DNA from: Eledone cirrhosa
Lineage: Eukaryota
Length of the DNA: 64,000 nt
Direction of reading: 5' to 3'
NCBI GenBank assembly: GCA_964016885.1
Contig: OZ024741.1
Coordinates: forward strand, 56,730,001 to 56,794,000
Below the pieces are notes generated by a model that saw only the letters and a list, made by a program, of their open reading frames with translations, ran no database searches and was not told the DNA's origin. Made by a program: the position numbers and the translations under genes. Shown here piece after piece: positions 43,553-55,964 of the stretch. How positions within the stretch are numbered: the stretch's first letter is position 1; each line of letters opens with the position of its first letter.

Positions 43553-46124
43553 AATCATACTTATATAAGAACATAAATACTGCTTTATAAAACTGCCTCT
43601 TACCATCTTTTGTACCTGAAGTATAGTCGTTGCCTGTCACATAAATCATATTGTATGTACGATTTCTTGTGTTGTGTTTTAAATCTAAGTCTATTATGTT
43701 CCAGACTAATATTACAGAACCATATCTTATGTCTTGTATTGCAAATATATTAACGTGTGATAATAGACGGCATAAAACAACTCCTTCTTGTTTGCAAATG
43801 TTTATACTTATCTAAAAACCTTCCATCGTATTTTTATGTAAGAAACTTTAAGCTACGTTCCAAACACCAGATAAGTAATAAGAAACCTTAAGCTACGTTC
43901 CAAACACAAGATAAATAATAAGAAAGTTATTTTACTAAATCTTTTTAAATTGTTGTCTATTTTCAATGTGCTTAATTAGAAATATGATAACGAAAAGATT
44001 AATTATAGAGCTAATATTTTTGCATTATCGGTAGTTCAAATCCCGCCGAGGTTATCTTTGCCTTTCATCCTTACGGGGTCGATAAAATGAAGCACCAGTA
44101 ATGTACTGAGATAATTTCTGGCCTTGTGCTAAAAGTAGAAACAATTATCTGTAGATATGGTTGCTTTTAATGGCATTCCTTTACCTAAAGAGTTCAGGTC
44201 CCACCGAGGTTGACTTTTCTTTACATTCCTCAAAGGTCAAGTACTTAACTTTCAAATGATTAAATTCTTCCACAAAATGCCCAACCTTGTTCTTATTTCC
44301 AGGTGTGCCTTTGTTGGTTAAATTGATATAAAATCTTAATAAATTATAATCAATAAGATCATGAGCCGGGAATTTTTGCGGGGAGTTTTTATATTTATTC
44401 AATTAGTCACTCGGTGTGCGATGAAGATGTTTCTGTAAGTAATGTGTGATATTTTAACCATAGACCTGTTACATTCCTATTTCCCAGTAATTTTATTCTC
44501 ATTGTTTTTAGCACTGATTTCCATTGCGACCGAACTATCTGCAGTCCTTACTCTTATCTAAAGGTCTTGTACTTCTCTTGCTGTTGGTACTGTATTAATT
44601 TATATTTTATTTTACCAAGCTCATAGTAAAATAGTTTGATGTTGGTGAGACACTGTTTGTTCCGTTTTACTTTTTCTAACGAATAATTGTTTGGATATTC
44701 AATACAACCACTCTACACTTAACGTTCAGGCTCAATTCCAGTGACATGGTCGAAAGCGAAGTTATCAGTAAGCAAACTCCTCGCTTAATGACCAAGTTAT
44801 AGTGAACCAAATTGTTCGCAAAACAAGTTGGTCTGTAAACAAACTCCTCATTTAATGACCAGCCTATGTTCCAACGATTTGGTCATAAAGGAGCTCTAGA
44901 TATTGTTTTAATACAGTCCATGGGGGTATGAAATGTTACCAAGTATAAGTTTTATACTAAATGAATTATCTAAATAAAGAAATTCATAAAGGTCTACCCA
45001 TTGTCCTAATCCATAAAATGCTAACAATTTGTAATAGCATTCAGAAATGAAGCCGACCATAATATAAAAAAAAAAAAATTTTTTTTCTAAATGTAAACAC
45101 TATCATAGTAATTGTAAATGTCTTGTTGTCGTTTTGTTTTGTTTTTTCTTTTGCAAAACTTATACAAACATAAAAAATATTTGGAAACATAAAAAAGGAT
45201 TTGCAGGATACAGAACATGCAAACTTATGTAACATAAATAATGACAAAATAAATTTAACGGGTACGTAACATATATCCATCCTTGAGCGCTTAACTTCTA
45301 ACAGAGCCTATCCTTTCTCCAGGTCTGAATACAGGTAATTCCTTCTAGAGAAGAGGAGAGTGGGAGAGAGGAAGTGAGAAATAGATATAGAGGAATAATT
45401 GACCCCAGTGTTCAACAAGCACATCATTTATCGACCTCAAAAGGACAAAAGGCAAAGATGATTACTGTTTCATTCGAATGTACAGCGCAGAGAACTGGAA
45501 TGAAAACGAAAAGTATCCTATTCGATGTTCTGAGGACTCAACACATAAATATGTGTAGACAAAAATATCTATGGTTGTAACTGTGATAGGTCGTGAAACG
45601 AGATGTTGTATAATGGCAGAGACGTTAGAATGTCAGCTAAAATGCTTTGCCGTAGTCATCCCGGCACTCTGTGTACTAAGTTCAAATTCTACTGGGGTCT
45701 GCTCTGCTTTTGATCCTACAAAGGTCGATAAAAAAAATACGAGTCCAGTACTGAGGTTTATTCTCCCTCTATCTCATTCTTTGTTCCCTTCTTTCTTTCT
45801 CTTCTTTCTTTGGGGGAAATCGGTTGTTTAGATATGAAGAGGGGATGCTCTCTGCTAGCTTTTAAACATATGCTAAATACACACTATATGTTACATTGGC
45901 GTCCCTACGACTCCATCAGGAGTAACGGGTTTATAAAAATATACTTATTTTATCGACCTCTTTTTGTCTAACCACTAAGTTACAGGTCATAGAAACACAC
46001 AACATTTTTTCAACCTCTTTAAATCTGACAGGTTTACATGCCTGTAGACTGAATATGTATTATTCATAAATTCACTTTCACGCAGTTTGGGTTAATCCCG
46101 TGATGAGTGCACTATTATACCTGC

Positions 46125-47850
46125 ATACATGGCTGCATCTCGATTTCGAGAATTGTCATTTCTTGATCCTTTTCTCACACATGGGTGACACGAACATGAC
46201 TTTTAACTCTACTTTCTACATATGTTGCAACGATGAACGTTACTCCTACTTTGGTTCCCTGTTTTGTTTAACTTTCAAATGACATCGAAGTCTACCGATC
46301 GAAGTACATTGTTATCCACATTCCTGACAAGAAGAAATGCCAAAGAGGCCATAATCGACAACATTTTTTACATGGCTTCCCTGATGACTTTTAAAACCAG
46401 TTTTACTGAGGCAAACCCATCCACACTCATTGCACACAAAGTCATTTTGAGCGTCTAAAAATCTAGTTAAAGTAATATCATGTAGACCCTTTCGCAGACC
46501 ACTTTTCAATTGTTCATGCTCCACACGAGATTTTTCAAATTCCTGCTTTCCATTAAACAGTTTTTCTCCAAGATGAAAACCAATCTAAGGCAGTGTCTCC
46601 CAAGTTATCTTCTCTCATTTCTTTTTTTTTTACATTATCAAAGCTCTTTTGATGCAGTCTCTATACCTGAATGTTTGCATCTGACTAAGTCTTTGTACAG
46701 AAATTACTAGGAATATGAGGATCTGGCATTCTTACAACAACGCTCGAGCGCTATCTACGTATGTTGAATTATCCGAAATTCAATACTTTCAAAATGACTT
46801 CATTCCAGCACTACTCATTACTCATATGCGATTGCCGAAGGACACTGAGTATTTGGCGACGACATTGTTGATGAAAATGTTCAAATTTGTTAATATATAT
46901 ATATTTCGGTAGTATGTGACCTACATTTTACATGCATACAACAATGAAGACAATGTAGTAAAGTCTGCACACCTTTAACTTTGTATCAATGGAAATTCTA
47001 CGCCGACACCAGAGACGTCAATACATTTTACTAAATAAATTACTTGCTTTATTTATTCGTAAACAGGTTTCATCGCTAAAGGTATTTGTCACATTAACTG
47101 AGCTGCCTAAATACACACATTTATCCACAGCATTCAAGTTTTTGCCATACATTTAAACGCTAGGCTCAGTGAAGTCCTTGCGCGAAGTAGGTTAATACAT
47201 GACAACTGTCCTGGCCAAATTGAGTGTCAGATCTAACACACTACATGTCTCCAAAAAAGAATACATCGGGTGTTGCATGCCACTCCCAGAGTGAGCAACA
47301 AGATTACAGTCAGCTACATTAAAAAATAACGTATTAAAGAAGTGTATATCTTTGTTATAGTAGCAAACCGTCTGGTGTTAAATAACTTACCCGTTGTACG
47401 ATACCTGATATAAATTCCATTTGTGCAGTCCTCAAATGCTATAGGGAAAACCATTGAGACATACAATGCAATGAGAGTAGGTGCTGGTATATATCCTTCT
47501 TTTACTCCGTTTTCAACAAAAATGGGGTCGGGCATCTGTCCACCGATATTGACACAAGCCTACTTATCATCATAGAAACCTCTCAGAATTGATACCAACG
47601 CGTCAGCAGAACCGGGCTTAGCCATAATCTTCCATAAGGCATCCGTAATCACGGCATCGAAAGCCTTTGTCAAGTCAACAAAGACGTGATACAAATCCAT
47701 TCCCTGGTCACTGCACTTCTCCTGTAGTTGCCTCACAAGGAAGACCTTCTCTGTTTCTACTCTGCCATATCCAAAGCTACACCGCGACTCATGAAGCGCG
47801 TTACCAGTGATGTGATCAAGCAATCTGACAGCATCATCTTACACAAGACA
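46125..47850 (-). mobile_element. Decayed RTE LINE (RT to C-terminal C2H2 finger)
   Basis: RQLQEKC, FVDLTKAFD, NGVKEG..PAPTL, IRYRTTGKLFN and FVCNECGWVCLSKTGFKSH motifs. Confidence 0.85.
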
Positions 47851-47896
47851 TTTCCCACAAATGAGAGCTCTCCCGCGATAATTACCACAACCATAC

Positions 47897-47944
<48 letters not shown>

Positions 47945-48055
47945 CACTTACAGTACGTGTATGTAGCATGAAAATTGTATTTAGCTTTGTTGTTTCATCA
48001 GCCAGATGAATTGACTAAATTCAAACTTCGAAGTCCCTGCCACCTTTCTACTCAG

Positions 48056-48110
<55 letters not shown>

Positions 48111-48250
48111 GTTGCGGAGCAATCGGTTATCAAACAATTCTCTAAATAAATTAAAAAACGATTTAATTAGTACCATTGAACCACAAATATTATAAACAAC
48201 TTGCATATTTCTACAATTACATAGTACCTGTTGAGGTATTCATCCACTTT

Positions 48251-48333
<83 letters not shown>

Positions 48334-48387
48334 ATGTGTGTGTGTGTGTGCGTATATATTCATTATTATTAAGGCTAAAAGGTTAGT

Positions 48388-48434
48388 CTTGTTACTCTGG
48401 AGTTTCGCCTGTTTATCAGAGGTCATCAGACAAG
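48388..48434 (-). ncRNA. Type I hammerhead ribozyme
   Basis: Minus strand: cttgt-CTGATGA-cct ctgataaac agg c-GAAActc ca gagTA-acaag. Base of stem II is irregular. Confidence 0.7.
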
Positions 48435-48439
48435 TTCTT

Positions 48440-48800
48440 TTTAGTCTTAATAATAATTGTTTCTACTTTTGGCACAAGGCCAGCAATTATCCCAGTGCAT
48501 TACTGGTGCTTTATTTTATCGACCCCGTAAGGATGAAAGGCAAAGTTAACCTCGATGGGATTTGAACTCAGATTGTAAAGGGCCGTAATTGATGCGGCGA
48601 AGTATGGCGTCCGACCCTCTACCGATACTTCCAATCCACCCCCTTTAGTCTTAATAATAATTGTTTCTACTTTTGGCACAAGGCCAGCAATTACCCAGTG
48701 CATTACTGGTACTTTATTTTATCGACCCCGTAAGGATGAAAGGCAAAGTTAACCTCGGCGGGATTTGAACTCAGAATGGCAAGGGCCGTAACTCTATGCG
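48440..48800 (-). mobile_element. Two tandem SINE family 1 copies
   Basis: Repeated ttagtcttaataataattgtttctac junction. Confidence 0.85.
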
Positions 48801-48870
48801 TCAATGAATTTTAAAACTCTACTTCGGTATTGAATATATCTTTCTCTCAGCCGTCAACTACATACGGATC

Positions 48871-48924
<54 letters not shown>

Positions 48925-49008
48925 TGTATACATACATACACATATATATATATATATATATTAATATATATGTGTGTATATATATGTATATATATATATA
49001 TATGTATA

Positions 49009-49052
<44 letters not shown>

Positions 49053-49114
49053 TATATATATATATATATATGCATATATATATATATATATATATATATG
49101 CATATATATATATA

Positions 49115-49152
<38 letters not shown>

Positions 49153-49289
49153 GATAAATCTACCAAGAGTTTACGGTAGTGTCCAATCCGTATGAAGAAC
49201 TCAATGTATTCCGGATATCATGGAAAGAAGAGATGTAATGAAAATCCACTTTCGGTGAAAAATAAACGGTATACAGAGTCAAGATAAAT

Positions 49290-49434
49290 TATTTCTGAAG
49301 ACGGCGTATATATGTGTTAGGTATGTATATTTAATCTTGATAATTTGTATAATTTTGTATAATTTTGTACATAGATCTGTTGAATATGCATACCAATTAT
49401 AACACATATATACCCTAGAAACGATCGTTAAATA
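49290..49434 (+). ncRNA. Type I hammerhead with a very long stem II
   Basis: tattt-CTGAAGA-[~115-nt hairpin: tatatatgtgtta/taacacatatata, ggtatg/catacc]-GAAAc gatc gTT-aaata. Confidence 0.65.
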
Positions 49435-49484
49435 GTGAACTTTTTTTGTTTAATATAAGGAATTGTTTGTTCATTATTTGTTTA

Positions 49485-49594
<110 letters not shown>

Positions 49595-49628
49595 TATATA
49601 TATATATGCATATATATATATATATATA

Positions 49629-49664
<36 letters not shown>

Positions 49665-49676
49665 TATATATATATA

Positions 49677-49710
<34 letters not shown>

Positions 49711-49720
49711 TATATATATG

Positions 49721-49762
<42 letters not shown>

Positions 49763-50113
49763 GCGAATGTAAGTAATATTTTAATGTTCTACTTCATTCT
49801 CTGTTTGTTTGTTTATTTGTTTTTTATTTGTTTTGTATTTTGCAAGATATTAATAATGTTGTATCAATAACATTAACTGAATGAATGCCCTCTGTTTTTT
49901 GTTTTTTTTTGTATTTTAGTGTCAAATTTACATCGAGGAGTTATGGTGCAACGAATCGATATTTTCTATATCGATATAAATTTATTTGTATATATATATA
50001 TGTATACATATATAGAGGAAGCGAGTGTGTGTGCTTGTATGCATATGCCTGTGTATGTGTCTGTATATGATGTATATATGAATACATATATATACATATA
50101 CACACACATACAC

Positions 50114-50144
<31 letters not shown>

Positions 50145-50179
50145 ACGTTGAAAGAGATAGAAGGCTAATATATATATCT

Positions 50180-50500
50180 TCTTTTCTTGTTGTTCTTATT
50201 CTCATTCTTCGCCCACTTATTCCTGAGAGTGAGAGTGTCGTATGGGCAAAGTCCTCAAACACTCTTTCCAGTTTGTCCTATCATTCACCACCGTTTGCAA
50301 CTGATCCGACAGGATGCCCAAGCGAGACCAGCAAAGATCATGGATATTATTCAACATCTTGCTGGGGTCTACACCAGGGTCTCTTTCCGGTTGTTTTGCT
50401 CGAAAAATCTTTAAATTCTTTGCTGAGACATTCTAACCATATGCCCATAGTATTGGAGCTGTGATCTCTCAATTCAGAGAAGTAGAGGCTCTACCTCTAC
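50180..50500 (-). mobile_element. 3' end of the same RTE-like family
   Basis: Shared terminus with 35593. Minus strand carries RPW/GRP-type C-terminal RTE coding remnant. Confidence 0.6.
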
Positions 50501-50520
50501 TTATATATATATATCATATG

Positions 50521-50615
<95 letters not shown>

Positions 50616-50619
<4 letters not shown>

Positions 50620-51500
50620 TTCAGGTTATCAATAATGTAGTGATAATATATCGTTACGTTAGAGATGAACAGCGTACGTGCAGGTTTGCTCAACGAGTAT
50701 AAATTATATTCCGGAGAAATGTAGAAAGGATGAATATAAAATGAAAGTGCTTTTGTTAAAAAAGGAATTTATTAGGTATTGACATATGTTTCTGTAACAG
50801 ACCGAATACCTATGTATCGCTGCTTGCGTAATCATATAATGTTAGCAAGTATTCGATAGCAAATGTATAATCAGTTGTCACTTCTTCAGAGATTTTGGAT
50901 AAACTGGATAAAATCAGAAAAATTGAAGTATTTATATTAGTAAAAGAGGAAGGAACAGAGGGGATAGAATATGACAGATGGTAAAATAATTTACTGCTAA
51001 ACAAGTATATAATGGGTTTTTAATGAGAATACCATGAGTAAATCTAAATAAGAATTTTGGGGGTGCCGATTTTAATCTCTACTTGACCAACTGGACAGTG
51101 GACAGGGCTGGTCATTTGGTGCAGTAGTATTAATCATAAAGTGTCAATTGGGGAAGGGGGAGATTTCGATTGCTACTAAATAACATCAATGCTAGTGGTC
51201 AGCTGGTATTTGCTCTAGGGAATTGAATCAAAAAATCAGAAATCTCATTTTATCTATAGCAGTTTGTATTAAAAGGTAAATAATAGAAGAGTTGATAGAA
51301 TTAAGACTAATAAAGAATGTTCATATCTATTTTGACAATCAAACGGGGATAGAGACAGGCGTTCAATCCTGGTAGTATTTATAATATGAAAATGTAGATT
51401 TTAAGCGATGGTTACAGTATAACGATCGCTCTATTCTGTTATTTAATAAAATGTTTTTGGATTTCATAATACAAAATAATTCTACATTACATAATCTACA
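50616..51500 (-). repeat. 3' pseudo-LTR of the PLE
   Basis: Matches 53731-54615 at a constant offset of 3115 bp. Confidence 0.95.
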
Positions 51501-53681
51501 AAATTCCTGTCCATTGGAATATGGGGGGGCAGTCGCTATTATATCCCATTTTAGGTGAAATTGTTGGTTATTTTCACGCAGCTGCCAAGCCTTGTCTGCG
51601 AGTGTTGTTACATAACGCTGGTTTTCATGTTTTATCGAATAACGATGTCTATAAAGGCGTGATTTAAAGGAGGTGGCTGTAGATCCCACATAGTACCACT
51701 TCTGTCTATCCGATTCGATAGTACATTTGTATACGATGTTGCGTTCAAGACACTGGTTGTTCAACGGACACATTCCTGGTTGGACACAGTTGCAATTACA
51801 ATTTTGCGTTGTTGTATTGCCATGGATGGGTTGATGAGGTTGCTTATGTAGAACAGGATGTTGTTTGTTGTTTTGTGATGTTATAGCTAATGTTTTAAGT
51901 GTATTGTTATGTGTTGGAAGGCGTTTATACAACCGTTTTGCGTTAAGCATTTTTATATGTTGTTCAATATTAGGGGCGGTTGAATATGAAAGTCGGATGG
52001 TGTTAGGGTTTAAGATTTTATTATATTTATGTGATGTTGGAAAGTGTTTTCTAACTAATCGAAAGAATTTTGAGGGTAGATTGGTTTTAATAGATTTGTT
52101 ATAGACCGGGTTGTACCAGATATACTCCTTACATCGCCTTCTGTTTGGTGGTGTGCGACTATTATTGTGTCTATTGCGGTAGTGTATGTATGGTGGTGAT
52201 TCTGTGCTATTTCTACTCCTATGTGATTTATTTTGGGTGTTTTGGTGATCATTGACTATATACTCTATATTATCTAGGTGACCGGCTTTCCTAAGTGCAT
52301 CATCATAATACTCGGCATGTTCTTTGAAGGTTTGTTGGTTGGACGATAGGCGGGAGATTCTAAGAGAAACATTTCTAGGGATGGATTTAATTATAGAGAG
52401 TGGATGGTTAGAACTCGTATTTACATATTTAAGGTTCTCATTTAGTTTATGGAACGGTTTAATCGTATCTGTATTGAGATTGAAAGTAACATCAAGGAAA
52501 TTGACCTCTTTGAGGTTATATTCAAATGTAATATTTAATCCTAGTTCTTTAAAAAGTTTTCTGATATTTTTACGCATCCTTTCTAAATTCTGGTTATTCA
52601 TATTCTTAACTAATAGGAGCGCATCGTCACGGTAAATTCCACCGTGGAGATCCTTGAATTTTCCTTGTAATCTGTGGGTGATATAAATTCCCACAAGATC
52701 TGTTACCTCCGCCGAATCATTAGAACCCATAGTGATATCAAAATTAGAAGGTCTATCTTTGCGAACCCAGTAGCTATCATCGAATTTAACTATAGTTTTT
52801 CTCGCTTCCATAATAATTTTAATTTCAGCATCCGTAAGGTCGGAATTATCCTTAGCGAACGAAAGAGCTTCATGTAGAGTATCAGGTGAAATTGAGGAAT
52901 AATATTCATCAATATCAAACTGAATAAATTTTGATTTTTTCTTATCAGTAATGTTGTTAAACCATCTTATTGCTTCATGAGTGTTACCCCATAGTTTAAT
53001 CTCTACTTTAACCTTAACTTGGGGGATAATTCTGTCTAGTATATATTTGCTAATTTTACCTATATCTGATTTAGAGGGGCATATAAGTCTAATATTAGGG
53101 TTAGTATCGAAGTTTACCTTGTGGTCCTTCAGGTTGAAGGATGGTATAGCTGGTGTTAAGGGTTGCGTTCTATCGTCAATACAAAGTTTTTTAACAATAT
53201 CACATGCCGAGTTGTTGATGTTTTTAAGTGTGGCTTCATTAGTTTTCCTGTATTTTTTATGCAATTCCTTACGGATGAAGTTATTGTAAGTGTCCACATC
53301 CATGGTATATACGTTTGATGTTTTGTCTGCTCTAACAATAACTCCATTGGCGTTTTTTAGATTATTGAGCAGTGCCGTGATGTCATTCTGTAGTTTATTG
53401 TTCTTACGTTTTGTAAATTTGATCTCCATGATCATATCCATTAGGTCTTGTTCAAATGCATCCAAAAGTGGGTTTGAGGGTGGGTTCTTGTAAGATTTAA
53501 ATCCAAATTTATCCTTGTTAAGATCCGATGTTTGGTTTATACGGCTTTTGTCAAAATGGAATGTTTTCCATCTGATTCGTCGAATAAAATCATTGGTCCT
53601 TCGTATCATACCTAGAATATATTCCCTTTTTGCCTGAATAGGTATGTTTTTTAACGACATATCCAATTGGTGCCTTTCCAT
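51363..53681 (-). CDS. PLE polyprotein: reverse transcriptase + C-terminal GIY-YIG endonuclease (772 aa)
   Basis: Uninterrupted ORF with KFGFKS..PP, ADKT, QFDIDEYYSSI, ITMGS, IYRDD, VNFLDV, SNHP, WYNP, CNC..CPL...C linker, IVYKC...YYVGST..FKSR..H and CRLC..E motifs. This layout matches Naiad-clade PLEs. Confidence 0.95.
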   Translation of the reverse strand: MERHQLDMSLKNIPIQAKREYILGMIRRTNDFIRRIRWKTFHFDKSRINQTSDLNKDKFGFKSYKNPPSNPLLDAFEQDLMDMIMEIKFTKRKNNKLQNDITALLNNLKNANGVIVRADKTSNVYTMDVDTYNNFIRKELHKKYRKTNEATLKNINNSACDIVKKLCIDDRTQPLTPAIPSFNLKDHKVNFDTNPNIRLICPSKSDIGKISKYILDRIIPQVKVKVEIKLWGNTHEAIRWFNNITDKKKSKFIQFDIDEYYSSISPDTLHEALSFAKDNSDLTDAEIKIIMEARKTIVKFDDSYWVRKDRPSNFDITMGSNDSAEVTDLVGIYITHRLQGKFKDLHGGIYRDDALLLVKNMNNQNLERMRKNIRKLFKELGLNITFEYNLKEVNFLDVTFNLNTDTIKPFHKLNENLKYVNTSSNHPLSIIKSIPRNVSLRISRLSSNQQTFKEHAEYYDDALRKAGHLDNIEYIVNDHQNTQNKSHRSRNSTESPPYIHYRNRHNNSRTPPNRRRCKEYIWYNPVYNKSIKTNLPSKFFRLVRKHFPTSHKYNKILNPNTIRLSYSTAPNIEQHIKMLNAKRLYKRLPTHNNTLKTLAITSQNNKQHPVLHKQPHQPIHGNTTTQNCNCNCVQPGMCPLNNQCLERNIVYKCTIESDRQKWYYVGSTATSFKSRLYRHRYSIKHENQRYVTTLADKAWQLRENNQQFHLKWDIIATAPPYSNGQEFCRLCNVELFCIMKSKNILLNNRIERSLYCNHRLKSTFSYYKYYQD

Positions 53682-53730
53682 TTTAGAAGCGTATGCTGAA
53701 TTAGTTGCTCAACTGTATAGGAGATTAATA

Positions 53731-54615
53731 AAATTTCAGGTTATCAATAATGTAGTGATAATATATCGTTACGTTAGAGATGAACAGCGTACGTGCAGGT
53801 TTGCTCAACGAGTATAAATTATATTCCGGAGAAATGTAGAAAGGATGAATATAAAATGAAAGTGCTTTTGTTAAAAAAGGAATTTATTAGGTATTGACAT
53901 ATGTTTCTGTAACAGACCGAATACCTATGTATCGCTGCTTGCGTAATCATATAATGTTAGCAAGTATTCGATAGCAAATGTATAATCAGTTGTCACTTCT
54001 TCAGAGATTTTGGATAAACTGGATAAAATCAGAAAAATTGAAGTATTTATATTAGTAAAAGAGGAAGGAACAGAGGGGATAGAATATGACAGATGGTAAA
54101 ATAATTTACTGCTAAACAAGTATATAATGGGTTTTTAATGAGAATACCATGAGTAAATCTAAATAAGAATTTTGGGGGTGCCGATTTTAATCTCTACTTG
54201 ACCAACTGGACAGTGGACAGGGCTGGTCATTTGGTGCAGTAGTATTAATCATAAAGTGTCAATTGGGGAAGGGGGAGATTTCGATTGCTACTAAATAACA
54301 TCAATGCTAGTGGTCAGCTGGTATTTGCTCTAGGGAATTGAATCAAAAAATCAGAAATCTCATTTTATCTATAGCAGTTTGTATTAAAAGGTAAATAATA
54401 GAAGAGTTGATAGAATTAAGACTAATAAAGAATGTTCATATCTATTTTGACAATCAAACGGGGATAGAGACAGGCGTTCAATCCTGGTAGTATTTATAAT
54501 ATGAAAATGTAGATTTTAAGCGATGGTTACAGTATAACGATCGCTCTATTCTGTTATTTAATAAAATGTTTTTGGATTTCATAATACAAAATAATTCTAC
54601 ATTACATAATCTACA
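53731..54615 (-). repeat. 5' pseudo-LTR of the PLE
   Basis: Copy of 50616-51500 ending 49 nt upstream of the ATG at 53681. Confidence 0.95.
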
Positions 54616-54646
54616 TTACGAAATCTACATTACATAATCTACATTA

Positions 54647-55093
54647 CGAAATCTCCCCCTTCCCCAATTGACACTTTATGATTAATACTACTGCACCAAA
54701 TGACCAGCCCTGTCCACTGTCCAGTTGGTCAAGTAGAGATTAAAATCGGCACCCCCAAAATTCTTATTTAGATTTACTCATGGTATTCTCATTAAAAACC
54801 CATTATATACTTGTTTAGCAGTAAATTATTTTACCATCTGTCATATTCTATCCCCTCTGTTCCTTCCTCTTTTACTAATATAAATACTTCAATTTTTCTG
54901 ATTTTATCCAGTTTATCCAAAATCTCTGAAGAAGTGACAACTGATTATACATTTGCTATCGAATACTTGCTAACATTATATGATTACGCAAGCAGCGATA
55001 CATAGGTATTCGGTCTGTTACAGAAACATATGTCAATACCTAATAAATTCCTTTTTTAACAAAAGCACTTTCATTTTATATTCATCCTTTCTA
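54647..55093 (+). repeat. Inverted partial pLTR
   Basis: Reverse complement of 53837-54283. The same spurious 64-aa ORF appears on the + strand. Confidence 0.95.
54926..55042 (+). ncRNA. Hammerhead-like motif in the PLE pLTR (also 53888-54004 and 50773-50889 on -)
   Basis: CTGAAGA-a gtgaca actga...tcggt c tgttac a-GAAAc atat gTC. A canonical stem I is not evident. Confidence 0.5.
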
Positions 55094-55120
55094 TATATAT
55101 ATATATATATATATCATATG

Positions 55121-55191
<71 letters not shown>

Positions 55192-55197
55192 CATATG

Positions 55198-55273
<76 letters not shown>

Positions 55274-55279
55274 TATAGG

Positions 55280-55959
55280 TCCTGGACCTCTGTTTTACAA
55301 ACAACGAAGTGCTCATCCACAATGTAAAGGTGACACCAACAATTCTCTCGGATCATAACTTGGTAGAGCTAATGATATGTGGTCCAAGAGAACCAACAGA
55401 GACAAAACCACCAAGAAGCTCCGCGACGCTATCCAGCCTTAACTTCTACGGGGCTGACTGGAAGAAGATTAAGAGTGAAATCCGGAAGCAAACATGGAGT
55501 GCAAACATCGCCACACAAGACACTAACACACAATTTCAACACTTCATGACAACGATACACACCATATGCAAAAAGTGTGTCCCGGAGAAAGAGGCAAACA
55601 GACACAAAAATCTTATTCCCAGAGATAGGAAAATCCTTATGAGACGTAGAACTAAACTCTCAAACCAGTTGAATAGTCAACAAAACCAAAACAAGAAGGA
55701 ATCCTATTTGAAACGTGCACTACTTGACACCGAGATTGCACTCAAGCTTTCACATGAGAATGAGAGGGCAAGGAAAGAGAACAGGGCCATAGAAAACATT
55801 AAAACAAACCCTAAGGCCTTCTTTAAATTTGCAAAAGAAACTGCCTCAGTACACTGCAAGATTGGACCACTCTTCCACACGGACGGTTCATTAACCGAAA
55901 ATCCCCAAGAGATATGTGAAATACTGAACAGTACAAAAGTGTCTTCACATGTCCACTGA
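55280..55959 (+). pseudogene. Upstream part of the same ORF2 (endonuclease C-terminus + tether), separated by a frameshift near 55928
   Basis: SDH motif and NPKAFFKF. The frame switches at atactgaacagtac into QYKSVFTCP, which runs into the 55965 ORF. Confidence 0.85.
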
Positions 55960-55964
55960 GGCAC

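Larger units (their letters stand above)
50616..55093 (-). mobile_element. Full-length Penelope-like retroelement (Naiad-like), pLTR-ORF-pLTR plus inverted 5' pLTR fragment
   Basis: Direct repeats 50616-51500 and 53731-54615 (885 bp, no difference seen by eye) overlap the ORF 3' end. Segment 54647-55093 is the reverse complement of 53837-54283. Both ends abut (TA)n. Confidence 0.95.

Noticed and set aside
51363-53681. Selenoprotein-type recoding as reported for some Naiad PLEs
   Set aside because: No in-frame TGA inside the ORF. Reading through the terminal TGA adds only about 7 residues.
50810-55005. Identical 64-aa ORF present three times
   Set aside because: A by-product of the pLTR repeats, starting at TTG and with no recognisable domain
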